A stretch of 64,000 nt of DNA from Squalus acanthias (Eukaryota), in NCBI GenBank assembly GCA_030390025.1, contig CM059438.1, positions 56,794,001 through 56,858,000 on the forward strand, read 5' to 3'. The position numbers and the translations under genes were made by a program. The notes beneath the pieces were generated by a model that worked only from the letters and a program-made list of their open reading frames with translations, ran no database searches and had not been told where the DNA came from. How positions within the stretch are numbered: position 1 is the first letter of the stretch; every line of letters begins with the position of its first letter. This document shows, piece after piece, positions 53,169 to 64,000 of the stretch.

Positions 53169-56105
53169 TTTTTTTTAATTCATTTACGGGATGTGGGCAT
53201 CGCTGGCAGGGCCAGCATTTATTGCCCATCCCTAATTGCCCTTGAGAAGGTGGTGGTGAGCCGCCTACTTGAACCGCTGCAGTCCGTGTGGTGAAGGTAC
53301 TCCCACAGTGCTGTTAGGGAGGGAGTTCCAGGATTTTGACCCAGTGACGATGAAGGATCGGCGATATAGTTCTAAGTCAGGATGGTGTGTGACTTGGAGT
53401 GGAACTTGCAGGTGGTGGTGTTCCCATGCGTCTGCTGTCCTTGTCCTTCTAGGTGGAAGAGGTCACGGGTTTGGGAGGTGCTGTCGAAGAAGCCTTGGCG
53501 AGTTGCTGCAGTGCATCTTGTAGATGGTACACACTGCAGCCACAGTGTTGGAGGGAGTGAATGTTTAAGGTGGTAGATAGGGTGCCAATCAAGTGGGCTG
53601 CTTTGTCACGGATGGTGTCGAGCTTTTTGAGTCTTGTTGGAGCTGCACTCATCCAGGCAAGTGGAGAGTATTCCATCACACTCCTTGTGCCTTGTAGATG
53701 GTAGAAAGGCTTTGAGGAGTCAGGAGGTGAGACACTCGCCGCAGAATACCCAGCCTCTGACCTGCTCTTGTTGCCACAGAGCAGGTCAAGTTAAGTTTCT
53801 GGTCAATAGTGACCCCCAGGATGTTGATGGTGGGGGATTTGGCGATGGTAATGCCATTGAATGTCAAGGGGCGGTGGTTAGACTCTTGCTTGTTGGAGAT
53901 AGTCATTGCCTGGCACTTCTGTGGCGCGAATGTTACCTGCCACGTTGTCCAGGTCTTGTTGCATGCGGGCATGGACTGCTTCATTGTCTGAGGAGTTGTG
54001 AATGGCACTGAACACTGCAGTCATCAACGAACATCCCCATTTCTGACCTTATGTTGGATGGAAGGTCATTGATGAAGCAGCTGAAGATGGTTGTGCCCAG
54101 GACACTGCCCTGAGGAACTCCTGCAGCGATGTCCTGGGGCTGTGATGATTGACCCTAAATCACCACAACCATCTTCCTTTGACTCCAGCCAGTGGAGAGT
54201 TTTCCCCCCAATTCCCATTGACTTCAGTTTTACTAGGGCTCCTTCATGCCACACTCGGTCAAATGCTGCCTTGATGTCAAGTGCAGTCACTCTCACCTCA
54301 CCTCTGGAATTTAGCTCCTTTGTCCATGTTTGGACCAAGGCTGTACTGATGTTGGGAGCAGAGTGGTCTTGGCGGAACCCAGACTGGGCATCAGTTAGCA
54401 GGTTATTGGTGAGTAAGTGCCGCTTGATAGCACTGTCGATGACACCTTCCATCACTTTGCTGATGATCGAGAGTAGACTGATGGGGCGGTAATTGGCCAG
54501 ATTGGATTTGTCCTGCTTTTTGTGGACAGGACATACCTGGGCAGTTTTCCACCTTGTCAGATAGATGCCAGTGTTGTAGCTGTACTGGAACAGCTTGGCT
54601 AGAGGCGCGGCTAGTTCTGGAGCACAAGTCTTCAGCACGACAGCCGGGATGTTGTCAGGGCCCATAGCCTTTGCTGTATCCTGTGCGCTCAGTCGTTTCT
54701 TGATATCATGTGGAATGAATCGAATTGGCTGAAGACTGGCTTCTGTGATGGTGGGGACCTCTGGAGGAGGCCGATTTGGATCATCCACTCGGCACTTCTG
54801 GCTGAAGATGGTTGCAAAAGCTTCAGCCTTGTCTTTTGCACTCACGTGCTGGGCTCCACCATCATTAGTTCCCATTAGTTGTTTAATGATCCACCACCAT
54901 TCACGACTGGATGTGGCAGGACTGCAGAGCTTTGATCTGATCCGTTGATTGTGGGATCACTTAGCCCTTTCTATAGCATGCTGCTTCCGCTTTTTAGCAT
55001 GCATGTAGTCCTGTGTTGCAGCTTTCTCAGGTTGGCACCTCATTTTTAGGTACGCCTGGTGCTGCTCCTGGCATGCTCTTCTGCACTCCTTATTGAACCC
55101 GGGTTAGTCCACTGGCTTGATGGTAATGGTAGAGTGAGGGATATGCCGGGCCATGAGGTTACAGGTTGTGGTGGAATACAATTCTGCTGCTGCTGATGGC
55201 CCACAGTGCCTCATGGATGCCCAGTTTTGAGCTGCTAGATCTGTTCTGAATCTATCCCATTTAGCACGGTGGTAGCGCCACACAACACGATGGAGGGTGT
55301 CCTCAGTGTGAAGACGGGACTTTGTCTCCACACTGACTGTGCAGTGGTCACTACTACCAATACTGTCATGGATGCATCTGCGACAGGTAGATTGGTGAGG
55401 ACGAGGTCAAGTAGGTTTTTCCCTCATGTTGGTTCTCTCACCACCTGTTGCAGGCCCAGACTGGCAGTTATGTCCTTCAGGATTCGGCCAGCTCGGTCAG
55501 TAGTGGTGTTACCGAGCCACTCTTGGTGATGGACATTGAAGCCCCCCACCCAGAGTACATTCTGTGCCCTTGCTACTCTCAGTGCTTTTTCCAAGTGGTG
55601 TTCAACATGGAGGAGTACTGATTCATCAGCTGAGGGAGGGCGGTAGGTGGTAATCAGCAGGAGGTTTCCTTGCCCATGCTTGACCTGAAGCCATGAGACT
55701 TCATGGGGTCCGGAGTCAATGTTGAGGACTCCCAGGGCCACTCCTTCCCAACTGTATACCACTGTGCCGCCACCCCTGGTGGGTCTGTCCTGCTGGTGGG
55801 ACAGGACATACCCAGGGATGGTGATGGAGGAGTCTGGGACATTGGCAGAAAGGTATGATTCTGCGAGTATGACTATGTCAGGCTGTTGCTTGACTAGTCT
55901 GTGGGACAGCTCTCCCAATTTTGGCACAAGTCGCCAGATGTTGGTGAGGAGAACTTTGCAGGGTTGACTGGGCTGGGTCTGCCGTTGCCGTGTCTGTAGC
56001 CGGTGCTGAGGTCCGGTTGGTTTCTTATTATTATTTTGTTTCGTAGCAGTTTGTTACAACTGGGCTTGCTAGGCCATTTCAGAGGGCAGTTAAGAGTCAA
56101 CCATG
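53169..56105 (-). mobile_element. Near full-length non-LTR retrotransposon of a second family (AP endonuclease plus RT), frameshifted
   Basis: EN: PDIVILAESYL, RGGGTVVY, YRPPS, GGFNVHH. RT: KAMGPDNIP, NYRPISLLSIISKVME, QSGFR, LDIKAAFDRVWH. Confidence 0.9.
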
Positions 56106-56189
56106 TTGGGAGGGGGTGAGTGGGGAAGAGTGAGACTGGGGAATGGGGCCTTGAGGGGAGAAGAAGAGTGGAGAATATGGTCTCGAGGG

Positions 56190-56935
56190 GAGAGGGAGAT
56201 TGGGGAATGAGGGAGATTGGGAAATGGGGGCTCGGGGGAGAGAGGGAGATTGGGAAATGGGGGCTCGGGGGAGAGATGGAGATTGGGAAATGGGGGCTCG
56301 GGGGAGAGAGGGAGATTGGGAAATGGGGGCTCGGGGGAGAGAGGGAGATTGGGAAATGGGGGAGAGAGGGAGATTGGGAAATGGGGGCTCGGGGGAGAGA
56401 GGGAGATTGGGAAATGGGGGCTCGGGGGAGAGAGGGAGATTGGGAAATGGGGGCTCGAGGGGAGAGAGGGAGATTGGGAAATGGGGGCTCGGGGGAGAGA
56501 GGGAGATTGGGGAATGGGGGCTCGGGGGAGAGATGGAGATTGGGAAATGGGGGAGAGAGGGAGATTGGGAAATGGGGGCTCGGGGGAGAGATGGGGAATG
56601 GGGGCTCGGGGGAGAGAGGGAGATTGGGGAATGTGGGCTTGGGTGGAGGAAACTGGGGAATGGGCCTCAAGGGGAGAGATGGGGAATGAGGGCTCGTGAG
56701 TGGAGATGGAGAATGAGGGTTCGGGGGAGACATGGAGAGAATGGTTTCCCCCTCTCCCCCCCGCCCTCGGTCTCCCCTCCCCCGCCCTCGGTCTCTTCCC
56801 CCCCCCTCTCCCCCGCCCTCGGTCTCCCCCTCTCCCCCGCCCTCGGTCTCCCCCTCTCCCCCGCCCTCGGTCTCCCCCTCTCCCCCGCCCTCAGTCTCCC
56901 TCCCCCCTCCCCCACCCTCGGTCTCCCCTCCTCCC
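56190..56935. repeat. Two adjacent minisatellites: 33-bp G-rich (gagagggagattgggaaatgggggctcggggga) and ~24-bp C-rich (ccgccctcggtctccccctctccc)
   Basis: Tandem repeats read directly. Confidence 0.9.
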
Positions 56936-57614
56936 CTGCTCATGTTTCTTGGAACTTCTCACAAAACAGCACTGGCGCGAAACCACAAAGATTTTCAACT
57001 ACAGTGGACCCAACCTTTATAAGGTAAATCCAATAACATTTGTAGAAGTCATGTGATCTGAAGGCACACGGTCAAATGACGTGGTCAGAAAATTACATGA
57101 TCAAACCTCCAGGAATGCCTCCAAGCAGAGTTGGCTACCCTGCTTCACCAGTACGTCAGGAACTGACGAGCTTCTAACAGCCCTGTACGCACCACCAGCA
57201 CTTCAAACATTAGCAGCTGCAGCACACGGAGGGAGGTGGTCCTGGACAGGTGTCTGCGGGACATTAATGACCCCCAATTTTGCTGGAATCAGCCAGGCAC
57301 TCCGGCCCTACAGCAGACACCTCGCCCTGTGCAGGCTGCCAATGGGAGCAGATCCCAGGGTCAGGACATCCCTCCCTCAATGGAAAAGGGCCCCAGGATG
57401 GCAATGAACTGGGAAACCCAACAAACAGAAAATGAACTGAAATCACATCCCGCTGGCAGGGCTTCAGAATTAGGCACGATCCCAGGTGAGGGGGAAGAAA
57501 AGAAGGAACGCTGCAGGAGATATAGCCAAACCTGGGATATTTGCCTCATCTGGTTTATTGCACATACAATGAGCATTTTGAAAATAAGGACACCTGATGC
57601 AAGTCCCTTCGGTG

Positions 57615-58507
57615 TGTAAGGGGTTTTCTCCGATACTGGTCCCCCGTTACACACAGTTCTTGGACGTCAGGATTTATAAGAACAAAATACACACGGCACA
57701 GGGTTTTGGCTCGACCTTTGATTTGTTCGTTTATTGAACACACACACAATTACTTCCCCAGTAGGCTAACAACCCCAAAATACAAACCCCTATGCAAGGG
57801 TCATTTGCATCGACACAATATGACACAGTTAAACCCGTCCGCGATTTGACTGTTACATATAAAGTTACCCAGACTCAATCACAAAACACTTATTGTGATC
57901 TGACTGAAACTCACAAACTTACTCAGACTCAATCATAAAAGCCCCCTCTATGATTTGTCTGAAACATACAATCACCACTCCCGATCGGCTGTCTCTTGGA
58001 GTTGATTGTAGGCCCGAATCTTTCTGTTCGTTGTTCTGCCGTCGGCTTCCCACACCACTGTCTTCGAAGTGCTCTTACTTTAAACCAAAACCAACTTGCA
58101 GTATTTCCTGGCCCCCTCCTGAGCGTACGACTCGTTTCAAAATGTGCGATTTGAGATATCTTTCTGACAATGCAACCTTCCCAAAGTGACTGCATATGCA
58201 AAGTTGTTGGTTTCTGTTAGCATTCATATTCAAAAGGTTCAAGGCCCGGCCCATTGTCTAGGCCTGCACTGAAACTAGTTATTCGGGGGCCATGGTCTAA
58301 GGTGGACAATGTAACCCCTTAAGGTACATGAATAGGCGGATGTTCTTGTTCAGACTTTAGATTCGTAGTTTCGGCTGCAATGTTTGAATTAACCCTTTGT
58401 TGCCGAGCCCTTTTTGCAGGCTCTGCAGTTCTGGGTTTTTACATTTCATAGTCCAATATTTTTACTGTTGCGGGGGGGGGGGGAGGGGGAGAGGAATCGA
58501 TCCTACA
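57615..58507 (-). mobile_element. Putative 3' LTR (~890 bp) of an env-bearing LTR retroelement
   Basis: Starts TGTAGG immediately after the PPT; ends CTTACA (imperfect inverted termini); minus-strand AATAAA at 57730-57735. The distal boundary is inferred. Confidence 0.65.
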
Positions 58508-58519
58508 TCTCCCCCCTTT
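58508..58519 (-). other. Polypurine tract AAAGGGGGGAGA
   Basis: Lies ~100 nt after the env stop and directly before TG. Confidence 0.8.
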
Positions 58520-58615
58520 AATATCTCTTACATTAGAGATATTACTTCTGTCCATTCTTCTGCTGTAGAGGGTGCATTGTCGGTCCCAGACAAATCTCAC
58601 ATTTTTTTACACGGT

Positions 58616-60086
58616 CTATACATTTGATTCTATAATCCCAAATCCCCTTTCCTGTTTTTCCCTTTTTACCCTTCGTTTCATTTTACACAATAACCTGAAC
58701 AGATACAGCACCATAATTAATTGCACAATTATCAATACATGTGAGGCAATTCTGATCCAGGGAGGAATTTCAATATTAAACCCAATGTCCCACCAAGGTG
58801 GGGTGGTCATTTCCCTGATCTCTCGCATTTCTCTGTTTTCCTGCTGGAGAGTGTAGTAGTGTTTTTGGGAAAGCGCCACATCCTTTACCAGTTTTGTCAA
58901 ATGCTCAGGTAATGGCGAGATATCATACCCAAAATGTGATATATAATTTTCTCGTAATTCCTGTCCCTCAATCTCATTACCCTCCCCCAGTATCCTCTTT
59001 AGCTGATCCCGTAAGGTGTTGACCTGTGTTTGCAGCTGGGCATCATCTATACTATTGACCGGTGACGTCCCCGTATTAAACACCGTGGCCGCGTCATTGA
59101 TCAATCCCCTCTTCCATCTCCCCAAACTGGTGTGACTGTTGTCAGCTCGTTTATACAAATCCTTCCGACTTTCTTCCCATAGTTCAACTCGTAGAATTGC
59201 CGGAACATTTCTTTTAATAGTTTCTCGTACAATTTTTCCATTTCAGCTGGGCACCACCGGGGTAGCCGTACCTTTGTCAAATTAAGGATAACAGATGCTA
59301 CCTCGTAATGCATGTCATGGTACAACACCTTCCCTGTTGGAATCAGTACTAACCCATTCCTAGGTCTGGGTGTCATTATGGGGCACTTAACCTCTTTATC
59401 CCATGTCTTTGGGGCTGATGGTAGGGGCTTCTTATCGTGCGCGACTAGTTCGGTAGCATTGACTGCGTTTGGAGGATCTGGGACCACACACGAATCGAAA
59501 CTCTGAGTCCAGCCTATTCCAGACCCGAAATCTTGCCATTGCCGTTTAAAAGCGATGGACACCCCCTTCTGGCATTTACGTTCCGATCCTCCCACACACA
59601 CATAAACCCCTTGTTCCTCCTTCCACCACTTGTCCCAACATAATTTCACCGCCCCCTTTGTCCCCACAATCGATCTGTACGAGTCGTTCCCCAATCTGTG
59701 GATTAATTACCCTTTGCCTTGTCTGTTTTCCGTAGCCACCACCACCATCCCACGGAGATACTTCCCCAGCATTCTAGGCACACTTACCTTCCCTCATTCA
59801 CCAGTACCTTTTTGGTGGTGATATTTAATTTGGGGCAGGGCACTGATGCTTCACCGAATTTGTAACCAGTGTAATTGGAATATTTAGTGGAATTTGACCC
59901 CAACCAACCCGGCCATTCTCCCTCATGGAAGTATGTAGCTATCCCGTCAGTGGCCTGTGCTCTACCTCCCTGTGTTACGGTTCCTCCCATACACCCGTAA
60001 GTAAACGACATCTCGATGTCGCCTTGCTCCATCTGTCCTGATCTGATCAGGATTACCAACAGGCCCAGCCACAGAGTGCATTCCAT
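58616..60086 (-). pseudogene. env: Endogenous viral envelope (class I fusogen) pseudogene with one stop, two frameshifts and a likely internal deletion
   Basis: Signal peptide MECTLWLGLLVILIRSG; furin site RWKR/GLINDAATVFNTG; heptad repeats; PPWW motif; TM IASHVLIIVQLIMVLYLF; basic cytoplasmic tail. Confidence 0.85.
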
Positions 60087-60215
60087 CCTGCGTTCTCCGT
60101 TCGACTCGCCTCTGCAAATAAAAGAAAAGAAAAATAGCACCGCTCTGTGAGAGGTCTTCCCTCCACAGGTCAAACTTAGGTGATATACATATTATACATG
60201 CTGTGATTGCTGCAA

Positions 60216-60866
60216 TCACCGCGTCCCTTTTTCCTTACTGTCCAGTTGGGACCTCTTGCGGCTCGGGGTCGGTGTGCGAGGAGGCGTCCAAGGCACCCTA
60301 GGTTGGGGTGTTCGACTACTCCTTCTCACCGCTCCGCTCTCTGGGTTTTCGACATCATCCCACAACATGGAAGAAAAACTTACATTGGTCAAACTCATGA
60401 TCGTTTCCTGGGCTCTGGTTCGTTTTATTCCCCTCTTCCCGGGGTCATAGAGTTTACATTGATGTGGAACCACTTTGTCCGTTTTGGCAGCTGCACTGCG
60501 TAAACCATAGGGCTTGCCTTGTCCACTATACTGTACGGCCCCATTTACAGTGGCTCGAAAGCCCGTACCCAGGCGTAATTTCTCACCATGACCTGGTCCC
60601 CTACCTTCCACTCCTGTACTTTCTGTGGCTCTAAGCATTCTATTCTTCTGGTGCTGGCTTCCCATGTTATTTGCGGCTTCCCATTGTACTTTCCTCAAGG
60701 TCTCATACAGGTCTTTTACTAACCTGTCCCGGTTGACCTCCCTCGTTTGAGCTTCGGTCAGGACCGGTACCAACACACGAGTCGGGGTCCCCATCGCCCT
60801 CCCGGTCATCAGCTCATACGGAGAGTGTCCTGTGCTTTTGGAGAGGCTGGCCCTGATAGTCATGAG
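60216..60866 (-). pseudogene. pol: Integrase C-terminal part of pol
   Basis: IRAS..KSTGHSPYELMTGRAM; after a frameshift WKVGDQVMVRNY...*MGPYSIVDKASPMVYAVQL...KWFHI (GPY module). Confidence 0.85.
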
Positions 60867-63800
60867 AGTTGGTGCAGGAGGGAGGGCTTTAGTTTCCTGG
60901 ATCACTGGGTCTGTTTCTGGGGAAGGTGGGACCTGTACAAGTTGGATGGGTTGCACCTGAACCGGAATGGGACCAACATCCTTGCGGGGAGGTTTGCTAG
61001 TGCTGTTGGGGAGGGGGGGGGGGGGGGGGTTAAACTAACTTGGCAGGGGGATGGGATACGGAGTGGAACTATAGTAGAGGGTGATGCACAGCCAAATATA
61101 GAGGAAAAAATTAAGTCAGTCTGGAAGGCAGAGCAAATATGTAACGGCACAAGGGAGTATGGCAAGGCTGGATGGCATTTATTTTAATGCAAGGAGTCTT
61201 ACGAGTAAGGCAGATGAATTGAAGGTGTTGATGAACACATGGGAGTATGATATTGTTGCTATCACAGAGACATGGTTGAGGGAGGGGCAGGACTGGCAGC
61301 TCAATATTCCGGGGTATAGAATCTTCGGGCGAGACAGAGGGGGGTGTAAAAGAGGAAGGGGTGTCGCAATATTAATCAAGGAGTCAATTACTGCAGTAAG
61401 GAGGGATGATATCTTAGCAGGTTCCTCTAATGAGGCCATATGGGTAGAACTTAAAAACAAAAAGGGGGCAAGCACTTTGCTGGGAGTGTACTATAGGCCC
61501 CCAAACAGTCAGGGGGAGATAGAGGAACAGATATGTAGGCAAATCTCAGAGAAGTGTAGAAATAATAGGGTAATAATAGGGGATTTCAACTTCCCCAATA
61601 TTAACTGGGATAGTCAGAGTCTGAAAGGCTTAGAGGGTGCGGAATTCTTAAAGTGCATCCAGGAGAGCTTTTTGAGCCAGCATGTAGAAAGTCCTACAAG
61701 AGAGGGGACGGTACTGGACCTAATTCTAGGGAATGTAGCCGGGCAAGTGGTAGAAGTGTCAGTAGGAGAGCATTTTGGTGACGGTGGCCATAATTCGGTG
61801 AGATTCAAGGTAGTCATGGAAAAGGACAAAGATGGACCGGAAATAAAGGTTCTAAATTGGGGGAAGGCCGATTTTAATATGATAAGGCAGGATCTGGCCA
61901 AAATGGACTGAGATCAGCTACTTGTAGGAAAATCCACATCAGAGCAGTGGGAGTCATTCAGAAAGGAAATATAGAGAGAGTACAGCGCCAACATGTTCCC
62001 GTAAAGGTCAAGGGTGGGACCAACAAGTCCAGGGAACCCTGGATGTCAAGGGATATACAAGAATGGATTAGGAAAAAAAGGGAGGCTTTTGGCAGATACA
62101 AAGGACTGAAAACAGTGGAAGCCCTAGAGGAGTATAGAAAGTGCAGGGGGGTACTTAAAAAAGAAATTAGGAGAGCGAAGAGGGGGCATGAAAAAACACT
62201 GGCGGGCAAAATAAAGGAAAATCCCAAGGTGTTTTATAAGTATATTAAGGGCAAGAGGATAACCAGGGAAAAAGAGTAAGACCCATTAGGGACCAAAGTG
62301 GCAATTTGTGTGTAGAGCCGGAAGATGTAGGTGAGGTTTTAAATAAATATTTTGCATCTGTGTTCACTATGGAGAAGGATGATGTAGGCATAGAAATCAG
62401 GCAGGGGGATTGTGATATACTTAAACAAATTAGCATTGAGAGGGAGGAGGTACTAGTGGTTTTAACGGGCTTAAAAGTGGATAAATCCCCAGGCCCAGAC
62501 GAGATGTATCCCAGGCTGCTGTGCGAGGGAGGAGATTACAGGGGCTCTGACACAAATTTTCAGAACCTCTCTGGCCACAGGGGAGGTGCCAGAGGACTGG
62601 AGGACAGCTAACGTAGTATCATTATTCAAGAAGGGTAGTAGGGATAAACCAGGGAATTACAGGCCAGTGAGCCTAACATCAGTGGTAGGGAAATTATTGG
62701 AAAAAATTCTGAGGGACAGAATTAGTCTCCACTTGGAGAGGCAAGGACAGTCAGCATGGCTTTGTCAGGGGGCGATCATGTCTAACCAATTTGATTGAAT
62801 TTTTTGAGGGGGTGACTAGGTGTGTGGATGAGGGTAGTGCAGTTGATGTAGTCTACATGGACTTCAGTAAGGCTTTTGACAAAGCCCCACATGGGAGACT
62901 GGTCAAGAAGGTAAGAGCCCATGGGATCCAGGGCAATTTGGCACATTGGATCCAAAATTGGCTTAGTGGCAGGAGGCAGAGGGTGATGGTCGAAGGTTGT
63001 TTTTGTGACTGGAAGCCTGTGTCCAGTGCTGTACCGCAGGGATCGGTGCTGGGTCCCTTGCTGTTTGTAGTGTACATTAATGATTTAGGTATGAATGTAG
63101 GAAGTATGATCAGTAAGTTCGCAGATGACACGAAAATTGGTGGAGTGGTAAATAGCGAGGAGGGAAGCCTCAGGCTACAGGACGATATAGACGGGTTGGT
63201 CAGATGGGCAGAACAGTGGCAAATGGAATTTAACCCTGAAAAGTGTGAGGTGATGCATTTTGGGAGGACTAACAAGGCAAGGGAATACACAATGAATGGT
63301 AGGACCCTAGGAAGGACAGAGGATCAGAGGGACCTTGGTGTGCATGTACATAGATCCCTGAAGGCAGCAGGACAGGTAGATAAGGTGGTTAAAAAGGCAT
63401 ATGGGATACTTGCCTTCATTAGCTGAGGCATAGAATATAAGAGCAGGGAGGTTATGATGGAGCTGTACAAAACGCTAGTTAGGCCACAGCTGGAATACTG
63501 TGTGCAGTTCTGGTCGCCACACTATAGGAAGGAAGTGATTGCATTGGAGAGGGTGCAGAGGAGATTCACCAGGATGTTACCTGGACTGCAGCGCTTCAGC
63601 TATGAAGAGAGACTGGACAGGCTGGGGTTGTTTTCCTTAGAGCAGCGAAGGCTGAGGGGGGACCTGATTGAGGTGTACAAAATTATGAGGGGCATAGATA
63701 GGGTAGATAGAAAGGAACTTTTCCCCTTAGTAGAGGGGTCAATAACCAGGGGGCATAGTTTCAAGGTAAGGGGCAGGAGGTTTAATGGGGATTTGAGTAA

Positions 63801-64000
63801 AAAAAATTTCACCCAGAGGGTGGTTGGAATCTGGAACTCACTGCCTGAAAGGGTGGTAGAGGCAGGAACCCTCACAACATTCAAGAAGCATTTAGATGAG
63901 CACTTGAAACACCATAGCACACAAGGCTATGGACCAAGTGCTGGAAAATGGGATTAGAATAGATGGGGCTTGATGGCCGGCACAGACACGATGGGCCGAA
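60867..64000 (+). mobile_element. CR1 LINE (ORF1 esterase end plus disrupted ORF2 EN-RT) abutting or inserted into the integrase
   Basis: DLYKLDGLHLN (ORF1); NARSL, AITETWL, YRPP, GDFN (EN); [14 protein letters not shown] (RT); 3' UTR runs to the window edge. Confidence 0.95.

Noticed and set aside
60216..60956. 246-aa ORF as one protein
   Set aside because: Chimeric: the first ~30 codons are antisense CR1, and the integrase GPY module lies in a shifted frame.

Overview
Vertebrate genomic DNA. The repeat content (CR1 and L2 LINEs, Deu-domain SINEs, Penelope-type short elements) points to a shark or ray. Two host genes are clear. NDOR1 lies on the minus strand, with seven coding exons traced by hand from 35478 down to 3324 (GT-AG sites, consistent phases); the gene continues left of the window. 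TMEM203 (plus strand, 40756-41166) lies head-to-head with it, as in human. Most of the rest is transposons and tandem repeats, including an ~11 kb CpG-rich satellite in an NDOR1 intron that is split by a young CR1 insertion. The most notable object is a decayed LTR retroelement on the minus strand (57615-60866): integrase C-terminus with GPY module, splice acceptor, env, PPT and 3' LTR. Its Env looks like an F-type class I fusogen (lokiretrovirus/errantivirus-like) and appears to carry an N-terminal Ig-like domain. Two short TSD-flanked insertions contain minimal hammerhead-ribozyme cores; one forms a perfect 96-bp hairpin that duplicated the likely TMEM203 poly(A) signal. All calls are by eye; no database searches were run and transposon boundaries are approximate.
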